Assembly (NCBI GenBank): GCA_010093815.1
Contig: ML996581.1
Source of the DNA: Pseudovirgaria hyperparasitica
Lineage: Eukaryota
Direction: 5' to 3' (one strand)
DNA: 64,000 bases
In this document: positions 23,937-37,450 of the stretch, one piece after another
How positions within the stretch are numbered: the stretch's first letter is position 1
Layout: every line of letters begins with the position of its first letter
Made by a program: the position numbers and the translations under genes
The notes under the pieces: model-generated
What the model was told of the DNA's origin: nothing
The model's database searches: none
What the model saw: only the letters and a program-made list of their open reading frames with translations

Positions 23937-25321
23937 ATGGTTGACAATCGGGGTCCGCAGTTGGCTGGTATATCGGCGACGTTTGGTGGCATAGCCCTTA
24001 TTACAGTGCTATTACGCTGCTTCGTTCGTAGTCGTATAGTGAAGTTGTTTGGGCTGGACGACGTTTTCATGGCCATTGCACTAGTCAGTCATATGACCGC
24101 TCAGGCCTCGATGTCACAATGCTGATTGTAATAGTTGACTTATTGCTGGTATACAGCCAGCGTGCTCGGCGGAATACATTACGGCACAGGAAGACATATG
24201 TCAAAGTTGACGACAGACGAGACTATGCGCGCATTACGGGTGACTAGCCTCAATTGATTATCTGGAATCGATGAATTGACGAATAGCAGTATTGGTGGAT
24301 GTGTTACGTCTCGTATTGCGCAACAATGACTCTCGCCAAAATATCTATTGGCCTCTTTTTCCTCCGGGTTGCGGTGGCCAAGATACATCGATATATCATC
24401 TGGACGGTAATGAGTGTCACTGCTGTTACTGGCGTCGTCTTCCTCTTCATTACACTTTTCCAGTGCGCGCCCGTGGAATTCTTCTGGACCAAGGTTATCC
24501 CCGGCCGAACGGGCACTTGCATCAACATCGATGTCATTATCAACTTGACGTACATTTATGGTAGCTTCTGCGCTATCTGCGATTTTACCTTTGGAATACT
24601 CCCCATCTTCGTGGTCTGGAATCTAAACATAGATTGTCGGACGAAACTCGTGCTAATTCCTATTCTTGGAATGGCTTGCATGTGAGTTCGAGGAGTCAAG
24701 CCAGTCTTTGAATACCCAGACTAACAGAACTGCGATAGTGCTAGTTGTGCGGTCATCGTCCGCATGCCATTCATCAAGGAGTTCAGAGACCCAGACTTTC
24801 TTTGTAAGTACCTCCAAGCAGCGCGTCTGCCCACGTCTAACGCCATATCAGACGCAACGGTGGACATAGCGATCTGGTCCACTACCGAAGCGGGTCTCAC
24901 CATCACTGCTGGAAGTCTCGCCACCATTCGTCCCCTCTACTGCCGCATCTTCTCTCAAGCATCTACATGCGAACGGCGCGAGACTTTCGGCCATAGACCC
25001 AACAACAACCTACAGCCCGGCGCAGGAAGAAATCTTCGACGCGCCGGGATTCTCAGCATCTGCCGGTACGCTAGCAAGGGTCAAGATGACATCAGCTTCG
25101 ACTTCAACTTCGCCGGCCCAAACAGGAGCCTATACAAGCATGACGAGGAGGACAGCAATGCCAGTCGCAATGAGACGTACAGTGGGATTGGAAGTGAGAA
25201 TGGGAGTCAGAGTATCAGGACCAAGGACGACTGTGAAATACACATCCAGAACGAGTCTCATTTGTCGGACGACAGCAGCGTGGAGATACATTTGACGACT
25301 ATGCCGTCGGCGCATCGATGA
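23937..25321 (+). CDS. PTH11-like (fungal rhodopsin-domain) integral membrane protein without CFEM, 5 exons
   Basis: MVDNRGPQL...LRCFVRSRIVKLFGLDD, YGTGRH, AKISIGLFFLR, FQCAPV.FFW, CDFTFGILP...VWNL, IWSTTEAGL.ITAGSLATIRPL. Introns 24084-24134, 24240-24289, 24682-24738, 24804-24851. Confidence 0.9.
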
Positions 25322-28005
25322 GTGCAGATGGCTTTGCGGACCTTGCGGCATTGAGAAGCTACACATCTCAACGCAGCCAGCAGACTGCACAGCTGCAGCA
25401 TTTTAATATTAGGGAAAGAAGCATGTACAGTGCATTGATACAATTAGCGGGCGTTTTGCATTTTGGGACAGGACACGGACTTGGGCCAGAACTTATCGCT
25501 CATCAAACGGAGGAAGGATACCCTGGGTTATGGAGTTTCTTACGGCAGTTTTTCCAAGCTCCTCATGACGACTATAAGGAGTATATGGCGTTTTGTAAAG
25601 TATAGTGTATACAAACTACCACACGTGTCTAGGATATCAAAGCTACTATGTTATACTACACTCTCCTTTTTTCATGCCTGTGTAGATTCGGACGTCAGGC
25701 TGGGCCTGCCTAGACTTAGGGGAAGAACCAGCCGGTTAATTCTTACTGAGTCCTGATATGACAGTATGATGGGCGCCTTGACTTGATTGAGCGTTTTGAA
25801 GACTTTTTCTTCCTCGTATACCTTTAAGAATACATACTTGTCTCTCTACCTCCTCCTCCTCCTCCTCCTCCTCCTCCTTGGACCTCTGTACCTGTATTAC
25901 CCGTGCTCATTTTCCTACCAGCACCCAATCGCACCAAAGCATTTCCGTGCCAGAACGCCTCTCAGCAAATTCAAGTCCTCCCCTTGGATATAACAAACCT
26001 TAACCGACATACAAAGCACTTGGCAACTACCAGCGCCAAGTATACAACTGGCATGATCTCAAGAGCATTAAAACAAGCCGGAACGCGCCATCTCATCACG
26101 ACCCATGTATTCCGACCGTATTTTTGAGGTCGGTGACGGCGAATCTGCCACAGATGCCACAGCCGCACTGTTCGGAGCGAGCTCACGGACATGCATTCAT
26201 ATGTGCATATCGTACTTATTGCTAGTGATTGGATATCATGGTATCGTTCGTAGTTTGAAATGGGCGATTGTCGAAAGTGTATTGTAGTGAGCGCAGTAAG
26301 TTAGTTTAGACCGATGTTAGGCGATATATGCTGCCTTTTGGCGCTCTTGTGCTATATCCGAATTTAGTCACGAGTTATTGCCATACAAAGATTTGACATG
26401 AGTTCCGAAGTGGAGCAAACACAGCTTTTTATTTTCTGAAGGGCATCATGAAAGCATGGGGGCCCGCGATTGGAGATCCATTCTGGTGCAGAAGCTCAGG
26501 GAGCCTAGTCAGGGGGTATGAGTCACTCCTCAAGTTCTCCGGAAAGCAGAGTTCTGAGGAGGTTCTTTCGCCGTGTCGGCAATACGCAGGGCCTCTCAGC
26601 GTTGTCTTATGGGAGTATAATGGGATGACCGGGCTGATGCCTGAGGCTTTCGTCGCATATGCTGATGTTCTATCCACAATTGTGGCCGTCGTGCGCCATG
26701 TCTTCTGATATAGGGAAAAGATACATACGTAGATAGTTGCGACGCTGGGGCATTTAATGCTTGACCTGGAAGTATCCAGCAAGGGCCTTGGATATGAACT
26801 GATCTGCTCTTGGCACAGGCTGGATCGCTCATAATTTCTCCGACCATCTGACCAGCTGACCATTGAATCGGAGCAAGGCCAACGAAGCTATGTTGCTCTC
26901 ACTGTTGTCCCGGAGTACAATGGCGGTGACCAGCGAAGAAAAAGCTGCATTTGTGAGTCGTATAGATGACCTAGCTTACAAGGTCAGATAAGCACTCTAA
27001 ATACAGGGATGGTATTCTGGAGGAATTTCTCAAGGGATATCATAGATATGGTTCCACAAATCAGTGGGGTCAATCTTTTTCGCAATTTCGTTTACTATGG
27101 AATCTGATATTCGACAAACGGCCAGCGGGGAACTAAATATGCGCTCGACCCTTGCTCGAATGACGTACGGTACGTACCTGGGGTGATAAGCAGGTGCAGG
27201 GATCCCATGGAGAACTTTAATGGAGCCTCTCCACATATTTCGATGGGCCACGCGAGGCACCCGCCTTGTATTTGGCAAACGCGGGTTGCGGCACACAGTT
27301 CTATCAAGATAAACGTGCATCAGAACCCCACCACCGGTTTTTGTGATCTTTGCTCCTGGTAGTTGTTGATTGGGTGTTCTCTCCAGCATTCTTTTCGTCT
27401 CGGACGGTACGTACTGAATCCTTGACCTCCTTCCATTCCGAGTAATCTCACTAGATCGATCTGTTATCGTTATCTCGGCCGAATCGGGTTACTCTTGAGC
27501 CTGGATTGCATGTCTTTTGACACGAGTCTTGAGTGCCCAGAGCTTTTCATCAGTAATTACTTCCAGTGGGGAGCATCAAATCACCAAGAATGAAGGCTGT
27601 GTTACAAAGAGCTGAGGCTTTGAGATCCCGTTGCGATGGAGTCCGCCTAATTTCTCAGCATCGCCGAGAGCGCCACAAACGATCCTCCACTGCTGACCCA
27701 CGCCGATTGGCCTTATGCAGTGGTCCTACTATCCATTTCATCCAATGAGGCACCGAAATCCTTCTTATACGCCGCTCTTATCACGTATAATGGGTCCTCA
27801 CACCGATTGCCGACTAATGCCAACAGAAAACCTCTGTGGCATTCCGCGGCTCGTCTACGATACAGTCATGTCGTGTCCCACAATGCAGTCAGAAATGCGG
27901 TTTCCAATTTACTGATAAGACCCGAGTTGAAAATGTATAAGTATTCTTCTTCTATAGCTGAGCGATGGTGTAATGGTTCAGTGAAACTTGGGTTTGACTA
28001 GCATC

Positions 28006-30136
28006 ATGTTTCTACGTTCTGTGTTTGTTGTTGCTGCATCCCTATGTCAACTAGGCACTGCTGGACCTGTTGCGAATCAACGGCTGTCATTCATGGGTCC
28101 ATTCAATGTCGAGGCTGGTGGCGTGCATAATATACATGTCGAGTACCATAGGCCCATCGATGGTGAGCTTTCGATCCACTATGGCGTCTGCAGAAGGGCA
28201 TCAAAGGAATCCTTCCATCACAAGGTTGGACGGACGCATGTTGGCTCACATCCTCTTGCTAAGAGACATCTGGACTGGTCAGATAGGAGGCCCACTCGGT
28301 TTGTCTGGCTGCCACCTTCGGACATCGATCGAGGCTGTCTTCAGGCATGGATTGAAGATGAATTGGTCGGCGAGTCGGAAGAATTCATGGTGAAAAGGAG
28401 GGTCAATCGGCGAGGATTGTTCGCAGATAGCACAGATGCAGTCGGTGCATGGTTCGACGGCGTGGAGTACCTGAGCCAGAAGGAACCGGATGAAGTATTT
28501 GTGTCTTCCGTGAAGACGAAGCGGTTTGGTATTGTTGGAGGGGGCATGGCAGGTCTGACTACTGCAGTAAGTATGACCCCTTTTCCCATATCTTGAAACG
28601 GCGAGATCAAGTCCTTACGTACCGCAGCTCCTTCTTGACTCTGTGGGCATCCACAACTGGCAGATCATCGAATCCACGGGCAGGATAGGAGGCCGAGTGC
28701 ACACGTTCTACGCCCCAGGAACCACGGGCGACGACTACCAGTATCAAGAAATGGGACCGATGCGGTTCCCAGTCGAGATCACGGACAGCGACACGAATGA
28801 AACCATCCAGATCATGGACCACCGCCTCGTCTTCCAACTCGCCGACTACCTCAACAACATGAACAACAACGACTCCGCACTCGCCGTGAACTTCATCCCC
28901 TTCATCATGTCCGGCCAGCAGAACCTGCCCTCGTCCACAACCCAGCGCAGACCAGACGGCACCGTCCCCACCGTCGGCGAAGTATCCGCAAACCCATCTC
29001 TCGCCGTCAACGCCAGCGCCCAATATCTCGACCCCTCAGCCGTCGAAGCCGCACAAGCAGCATACGACGCATGGGTGCACTACGACGACGCAACCATCAA
29101 ATCCATCGCCTCCAACGTCTTCAAAGCCCACCGAGCCGCCGTCGACTCCGGCTTCCTCGACTTCAGCGAAGCAGGCTACCTCCGCTACGCCCTCGAAGCC
29201 AACCGCAACACCTCCGACCTCCTCGACAGCCTCTCCGCCACCGACCCAAGCTGGCTCTACGAAAACGTCTACTTCTCCGCCACCTCCTGGCGCACCATCG
29301 ACAAAGGCATGAACCGCCTCCCCCTCGCCTTCTGGCCCCTCATCCACAACCGCACCCTCCTCAACACAAAAGTCTCCCGCATCACCTTCCACCCCCAATC
29401 CCAATCCCTCACCCTCCACTCCCTCCCCCCCAACGCCTCCGCCTCAACCCCCTACACCTCCCACCCCGTCGACTACCTCACCATCGCCGTCCCCTTCCCC
29501 ATCACCCGCTCCTGGCGCTTCTCCCCCCCACACTCCTCCCTCCTCACCCGCGCCATGTCCTCCCTCAACTACGCCTACGCCTGCAAACTCGCCCTCCTCT
29601 ACAAATCCCGCTTCTGGGAACACTCCCCATCCCCAATCTACGGCGGCTGCGTCACAACCTCCATCCCCTCCCTCGGAAGCACATGCTACCCGTCCTACGC
29701 CCTCAACTCCTCCCGCCCAGGCATGCTCCTAGCATCCTACATCTCCGGCACCACCGCCCCGCTCGCCCTCGGCGGCCTCGCCCACGCCGCCCACGCCGCC
29801 ATCGCACAGCGCGCAATCGAGGAGATCCACGGGCCCGTCGCCGCGGCAGAATACACGGGTGTGTACGAGCGCGTGTGCTGGGCCAACGAGGCGGATGAGG
29901 GCGCGAGCTGGGCGAGCCCCGGGGTCGGGCAGCATCCGTTGTATATTCCTGCGTTTCATCAGACGGAGCAGCGGACGGTGTTTGTGGGGGAGCATACGAG
30001 TGTGACGCATGCTTGGATTTTTAGCGCGGTGGAGAGTGCGGTTAGGGGTGTGGTGCAGGTTTTGTTGGATGCGGGGCTGGTGGATGAGGCGAAGGGGGTG
30101 AGTGGGCGGTGGATGGCGAGGTGGATTAGTGTTTAG
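28006..30136 (+). CDS. Secreted flavin-containing amine oxidase (L-amino-acid-oxidase-like), 2 exons
   Basis: Signal-peptide-like MFLRSVFVVAASLCQLGTA; dibasic KRRVNRR; FAD motif IVGGGMAGL. Intron 28567-28627. Then E...RIGGRVHT, EMGPMRFP and FVGEHTSVTHAWIFSAVESAVRGV. Confidence 0.92.
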
Positions 30137-30960
30137 AAGGACGGGCGGCGGGGGAAGGGGGAGGGGGAGGGAAAAAGGGGGGGAGGAGGAAAGTCGATGT
30201 GAGGTTATGAGTTGTGGGAGGGTATCTATAGATTTTTCTTGGCGGGCAGATAGCATACATACATAGCCTACAGGAAAGACCTCTCTGTGGCTCTGAATAG
30301 GATCACCGACTGTCAAGCGGCATCGTCTATCCGCCTTGTGCAACGTTGTGTGCAACGTGATAGATGGACCTCACCAGCATCATGAACATCCTGCCCCCTC
30401 GTGTTAGTACAAACGAGAAACACGGACTTTCCTTCCGTCATCTGAGAGTGTACGTAATATTTCAATCATATTGCAAGAAGCGACTCACTCGCTACCTATA
30501 TACGTGACTGCGGCCCATTTATACCGGCATGCAAAATGTGATGTATGCCACACCATCCATAGACCAAATTCGCTGACCCCATGTGATGCCTGTCCTCCCT
30601 TGAACCGCACGCAATAGATGCCCGAAGTCAAGCCGTCCGTGATCATCGCAAACATATCGCTGCCAAAAGGTTGATTCTGTCGTAAAGATGGTATATCGGA
30701 AATCACAAAAAACCTCACATAACCACGCTAAACATGCCAGGGAAATCTCAAAATCGGGAGAGGAAACAGGGGCGAGCTGCACCGGACAAATGTGCCGCCC
30801 TCCTTGGGCGGAGCGAGCCCCGTGGACAGAGCGTTGCAGACGGCGATATATGCCGGCTTTCTGACATCGAGTCATGTGACTCGACACTCGAATGTCCATA
30901 AAAGTACAATGACGTTTTAGACGGAGTCGTGATTTGTCGTTTTACGGCATAATAAACAAT

Positions 30961-32384
30961 TCAACCTCGTCCAGCTTCCAGAGCGGATGGAGTAACGTCA
31001 GTTTGTCCGTTCGCAGCATCTGCTGAAGTTTGCGGCAAATTCCTATTCCTGAACCGCCCGAACCAGCTGGGCTGAGATGTGTGGGCTGGCTGGGGTGGAG
31101 AAGGAACCGAAGGTACTGGATTCGGAGATGTGGTTGGTCTGCGTTGGGATCTGAAAGGTACAAACGTTCGCCAGCCGGATGTGCCTTGTTCGGTGGTTTG
31201 TGTTTGTGTTTGTGTTTGTGCAGGGGCTCTAGACTCGTGCTCAGGTCGAGTATCATGACGACTGCTTGCAAAGATATGCAGTCTGTTCCGTCCGAAACCG
31301 TACCGAGTAGGAGCAGGAGGAGTCAGGCGAATTCCACCGAGGCCAGTCGCGCGTCGAGTGGGTTGATTGCCATCCTCTTGTTGTTGTCGTTCACCCTCTG
31401 GCCGAGGCTTCGGTACATAATAATCATGCTTACATAGAGGGCAACACGCACGACGCCCAGTGAGCCATGGATCCACACACGCAGCGTGGAAAGCGTGTCC
31501 GCAAGTCAATCCACGGACATCGTCGTCATCCTCCAATGTGTCTAAGCAGATGGCACAAGTATCACCAGGTGCAGCAAGCATCTCTGGAGGCGCGGCGGTG
31601 CGGATTGGATCATCTTCATCGTCATCGTCGTCATCATCTGCTATGGTAGTAGGCTGGGGCAGTTGGCCCTTGGGGTCTGCAGTGATACTGGCAACAGTCT
31701 GACTTCTTTCTAGATCATCAGAATCTCGTACAGCGCCAGGAGCGTAGTGCTCCTTGGCCTGAGCCATAGGCAGGTTCTCCATCTGTCTCATCCCAGAATC
31801 GTCTGCTGCGGGCGGCTTTGTCTTATTGTTCTCGGCTGCTGTAGCGGCGACGTGATCTTGTTGAGCCTGAGCGATGGCGGTTTCCGGCCTCGCCTCTTCC
31901 ATCGAGCTCTTACCCAAAACACCTTCAGCGTCTTTCAGACTGCCTGCGCGACTTCCAGCAATGCCACCAGCGGCCGGTAGACCTTCCTGCTCCCGTGTTG
32001 CACGCCACGTCTTATACTTTGTAAGAGGAAATCGTTCGTTGACATCTTCCATAGACATGAGCTTCTTTTCTCGTCTCCGGCGATGAGGTCGAGGCATTGA
32101 ACCCATATCTATCTCTTGACCATCTGCAAGTGCTCGAGCCTGGCGATTGCGTTGGTTGTAGCGGAAGCAGTATTTCACGCCGACAATGATCCTACGAGGT
32201 AGAAAGTGAGTATGTGCCACATGGTGAATCAGTGAACGGCCTACCATAGATTGGTGAAGACTACACCAAATCCCAAAGCCACGAAAAAGAGAAGGGGCGA
32301 GCTCGTAGGGCCACCACCACCTCCTCCTCCGCCTTGCGGTGAAGAAGTTGGCGAAGGCGCACTGGCAGTAGAACTTTGAGACAT
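30961..32384 (-). CDS. Single-TM RING-H2 E3 ubiquitin ligase-like protein, 2 exons
   Basis: ATG 32384 gives MSQSS...PTSSPLLFFVALGFGVVFTNLW; intron 32192-32244; then IIVGVKYCFRYN. RING-H2: CAICLDTLEDDDDVRGLTCGHAFHAACVDPWLTGRRACCPLC. Confidence 0.92.
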
Positions 32385-35300
32385 CTTGATGGAGAGACGG
32401 TGCTATGAGCCGCGTCAGGCAGGTTTATATGAAGATGATTATGGTCGAGATGATGCCATATACAGCCGAGCAGTTGCGCTATCAGAATGGCGCAGTGAAG
32501 AGATCTGGAGATGGATTGACTTCGATTTACTCCGGCTTACACTTGATCTGGAATCAGGTGCAGGAAACGGTATGCGAGCACAACAATCGGAGGATTAGGT
32601 GATATATACCACGATCCTTCCCCGCGAAGTACGCGTGGTTGACAATGGATGACGGGAGGACTTCCCGTAGGTGGCGAAGCCGGATAAAGGCAGGATAGAT
32701 GGTGTTGTGGTTGGAATCAAGACGAAGGGCGGGTACGACGGCGCGCTGTTCGGGCAGGATACTAGCAGCTTGATCGAGATCCAAGCTGCTCCATTCGCAC
32801 AATCGACAAATTCCTTCTTGTCAATATGAGCACACCGACGAGTGAATGAGATCCAATCCCGTAGATGGAGAGAACAGGACAGGGAGGAGGTAAGAGTGAA
32901 TGGGGCGAGCGATGCACAGCCAGCAGCAGAGGGGGTTGGAAGGGAGAGGAGGGCGGTTAAGGTTGTTGGTGTAGTGCGCCGCCTTTTGGGGGGGCTTGGG
33001 ACAAGGGGAGGAGGCGGAGAAGGAGGAGGAGGAGGAGGAGGAGCTGCCAGTCAAGAGTCGGCAGCCCCCCGTAGCAGCAGCAGCAGCGGTCCCACTGGAA
33101 ATGGCTGCGCGCTAACTTCACGCCCGATGAATTAAAAACCCTCCCCCAGCAATGCGGCAGATGCAGGGAGAGTCAAGAGCAGCAGCAATAATACCTTCAT
33201 GATCCTTTCTTTACACTGCCTAGATTTGGGCCTCTACTACTACTCTGCCTTTTTGCCTTTGCGACGGTGCCAGTCTTTGGATGTCTTGCCGCTCTCTGGC
33301 TGCGTGCACATCACAATCATACTCGCATCTTCAACCACACCATGGCCCTCCCCGACCACTTAGACGACATATAGACCCACATCGAGGTCTGTCTCCGTAG
33401 TCTTGTTGGATCTGCACCGGATGGAGGATAGCATGTTGCATGTCTATCTCGGGAGTTACTGGTTCCTGCGCCCAGTGCGCCTGCAGTCGCATCTTTTCAA
33501 CGTTGAGATACGGCACGGTATCCGTGGAGGAGGTGGTGGACAATAATTTCCGCTGCACAACCACTCCCTTGCTAGAGCGCTAGAGCAGTAAGAAAGTGTT
33601 GGAGACTTGGGGAAGATTTGGAAAGCAGGATAGAACTTCCTCTTATGGTGTTGGGCTCAGTGGGAGACGTGCTTCTTCAAGCTGTCAGAGGTAATTCTCC
33701 AGGTTTGTCTGAGTCTGAAGCTAGTGTTGTATAATGCCTAGCATACGGTTTCGGCGTGGGCATGATTCCATGATCTCGAGCGTACAGTAGTAGTGCGGCG
33801 CCACTCAAAGGCTTATTGCTCTCCTGGAGTGAGTCTCGCCAATCCAGCCCCTCTCGGCCCACAGTCTCGAAAGACCAGTTCCCGCTATCAATATCATGGC
33901 GGCGGACTGCACAGCTTCCGATATCTGTAGACTGTGACTGTGGCAGTCCTTTATCATGAGCTGGCCCTGCACTCGTTCACGACTTGTCTCCAGCCTTGGC
34001 CGATCCCGGATCCCTAGAAGCGACACTCAAAAAACATCCGTCCCATCTGTCTCATCTGTACTGCACATGTCGCATTTGTCTCATCTTCGCCGCACAGCAG
34101 GTCATAGGTGACTCCACAGTTGGAATGCCTGCTTAGTGCATCAGATCATTAGCCAGCCCTACCTACAAAGCCCCACTGAAGCTGTTCGCTGTGTTGCTAT
34201 CCTTGGGGGAACCCCGAAGCCGGGACTCCCAAGCCAGCCAGGGGAGTCCGCATGCATTTCGGCCAAACACTAGCATGAAGCTCAGGCCAAGGTCTTCACC
34301 AAATTCTAGCTTTTGCTGCCTGATGGCCTGGTCTATTCCTGTACGCGGGGCTGTTATATCCTAGCACTTTTTATGTTATGATGTAACCTGATCTTCCCTT
34401 AATTATACCTAACTTCAACTCCACCTCAACCATCAAGGCCGCATTTCAGGACTAGAATGACAAATCCATCTCTTAGCAGGAACTCAAGCCAAGCAGTCAA
34501 GCCCTGTGTCCAATCAAAGATCTCACGTCGAAACCAGTTCAGGACAAGCTTTTTCACACGGCGTGATCTCTCAGAACGGAATTGACTGAAGCTATAAAAC
34601 TTACTTCGAGACTTTAGTAATCATAGACTAAGAACTTCTAGAAGACACACAGACAAAGCCAAGCGGGTGAGGTAGTCTTCAGCTGGAAGTGAAAGCGACG
34701 CTTGGACTATGATCCGACAGTCAGTCCTCGCCTCGTATGACGAACATCGAATCTTGGGCTCCCAGACGAGTTAAATCACTTCATAGTCTTCTGAACGATC
34801 AGTAGTCAGCTCTGCAAATAGCACAGAGTTGTATCTGCCAGACGAATAGCACATCGAGATTGACCGTGAAGACCATTGATGTCGCCGAGGATATCGAGCT
34901 GTGTATAGCCAAGTCCTTCCGTGTGACGAAGACTATGACACGAACGACGTACTGTATAGAATCCATCAAGACATAGGATCGTGTAGCTTAACCAGAGCAA
35001 CCAAGTTGTTCACATCGCAAGAGAAACCTAATTGGGGAGGTGCGTATCTGTGACTGAACCCTGGAAATTGGAAAAGTGAAAAGGCAGAGAGTTCAATAAT
35101 TTGGAAAGATCTTCCGTCCTGCATCGGACACGAAGGTCCTGCAATAGCACTGTCTCTATACTGGTCAACGCGTCGAATGCTTGCGTAAGCTTCAACATCC
35201 TCGATAGCAACCTTGAAAATGCTTGATAATGAATGTCTTCGTATAAGATGAATTAAACATTCACCAGATTGAGAATTCGTCAGTCCAACAATAGTCACGA

Positions 35301-37353
35301 GAAAACGGCCCCCAACTCTATGTAGTGTCCCATCGTCGTCATGTTGATGATGTATCCTCATGCGGGGAATGTCGAGGGATATCATATATGGATTGGCTTA
35401 ATTTATGAAAATGCAACCTGGCCACGCGTTCATGCTATTTATTGACCAACGGAGTGGACTTTTGGCGCCAGGCACCATTTTAACAGCATTTCCCACTGGC
35501 TGACGGTAACGCGGGATCGATCTGACATGACGCAGGCTTGTCTTGCAGGGAACGATGGTACGACTGGAACGTACGGGTGTCGAAGCAATGCTACGTTACC
35601 GGCAGACCAATGTTCAACAGTTGTTCCACGCAGTAACTAACTAACTGGGGAAGTATGGACAAGTCGATTGACTTGATCAGAGCCAGCGAGGCCTTAGGCT
35701 TGTTAGAGAGGACAAATAACTTTTCGCGAATTACGCGAAGGATTCTGTACGACGCCACAGTTGCGATGCCACAGCAGGGGCGGCACATGTGTCTTGATTG
35801 GATATATTGGCGCGTAGGATGTGTGCGCGCTACGTAAGTTGCATATCGTCTACACGGCCATACCTTTTACCTTTGGAAGGGATTGGGTCGTTTGAGGCAC
35901 AGGCACCTACGAAGTGTCCCGGGTGCTATCGAGAACTACAACACACAACACAACAAACAGTCGACACACAACACACAACACAACACACGATAGACAATAG
36001 TGAACAAACAATAGACAACACACCAAGCTCGTGTGGCCGGCCTCAATGCTCATGGACATTATTGGAGGGGGTCCAGAATAAGCGAGACGCGGGAAGTGGT
36101 ACAACAGTGAGAAGTGAGGTGTTGAGGGGTGTGATATCAAGGCTGCTGATTGGGCGGGGCGGTTGGGGGGAAGAAGCCGAAGAAACGCAAGTGGACAATG
36201 GTGTGAATGCTGCGCCCCCGCACCAGCTTGACCGGTCAAGAGTCAAAGAAGAATCGCATGACTGCGCGGACAAACCGCGTCAAATCGTCGACGGTCTGGG
36301 GGCCCCGGTACACGCCAGACAAGCTATCTCATGCTCGACTGGTGGTTGTGACTCCAAACGTGCTCCTCCTGCTCCTCTTGCTCACCGCACCTCTCTCTGC
36401 CACTTTTGCTGCCATCGCACGTTGATTGAGGCCAAAGTGGCGGAGAGCGATGCCAGAACCTCTCATCGGCCAACTCCACCTCCAATACCATGCCTCCTCA
36501 TCAACACCGTGCTCTCGACCGGTCGTGATCTCATGAGCTGCAGAATCACCAGTGCTATCACACACAAGCGCCGAATTCTCCACAGGAACCATGGAGTCGC
36601 AGCAGGCGAGGTGGAAGAATGAGCGGTCTTTAATATTGAGGAGCGTCGCGAACTGAGACAGCTGCGTGGCGGAGTTCGCTTTAGCACGCGTTTGTCTTGG
36701 CACTAGGCAGCCATCATATTGCGCATCCTGGAACGTCAATTGTCAATCACCAACTCTTCTCCAGCGCCTTTCTCACCCTCAACCCTTCCTCCTCCACCCT
36801 CTTTACAGTCATTTTGACACTTTGTTTGTCTGTCTGTTTGTCTGTCCTACCAGCCTGATCCTCGAGGCTCGCCTGTTCTGTCTTCTCACAGTCACCCCAC
36901 GCCCTGCGACCTTCGAGACCACTCGTCTCTGATATCACGGCTTGCCTCGATCGCACTCTGGCTTCCTATACACATCACCACGCTTACGACTCCTCCTCCT
37001 CCTCTGTCCACATTCGGCCCAGACACTCCGCTCTGGTACACTTGTTGCTGCCTGCTGGCCTGAGTACCCCTCAAAATCACCGTGGACCCCATCCATTGTT
37101 CTGCACGGTGATACCGTAGCTTTCAATACACGCCCAACTCTCAACAGCGTCTACTGATCAGTTCCTAAACTGGTTTGTACTCTCTAACGAGCGTCGTCGG
37201 CCTCGTCAGCTGCACGCAACAGTACAAGCTTTATCGGGTCTTTGCTCTAAGCGACCGGTCACCGGGTTCATCCATCCGGACTCATTCGACTTCTCAAGAC
37301 GTACTTCACCCTTCTTGCCCTTTAGGACCTTCACCCTGGACCCAGATTCATTC

Positions 37354-37409
37354 GTGAGTCATTGGACACTTGCTCTTCTTGTTTGGCTAATGCTCAATCC
37401 CGCCTGCAG
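37354..37409 (+). other. Probable 5'-UTR intron of the ACE1/SltA gene
   Basis: GTGAGT donor, GCTAAT branch, TGCAG acceptor 41 nt upstream of the ATG. Confidence 0.65.
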
Positions 37410-37450
37410 TACGCTATACGTCTCAGCCACTGGATAATCCCACCTCTAAA

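Noticed and set aside
29036..30355. Long alternative-frame and antisense ORFs over the amine oxidase (and 55542-56534 over the MFS gene)
   Set aside because: Shadow ORFs caused by extreme third-position C bias, which removes stop codons.
35798..36739. 274-aa and overlapping ORFs upstream of ace1
   Set aside because: No recognisable motif, built partly on ACACA repeats; more likely promoter sequence.
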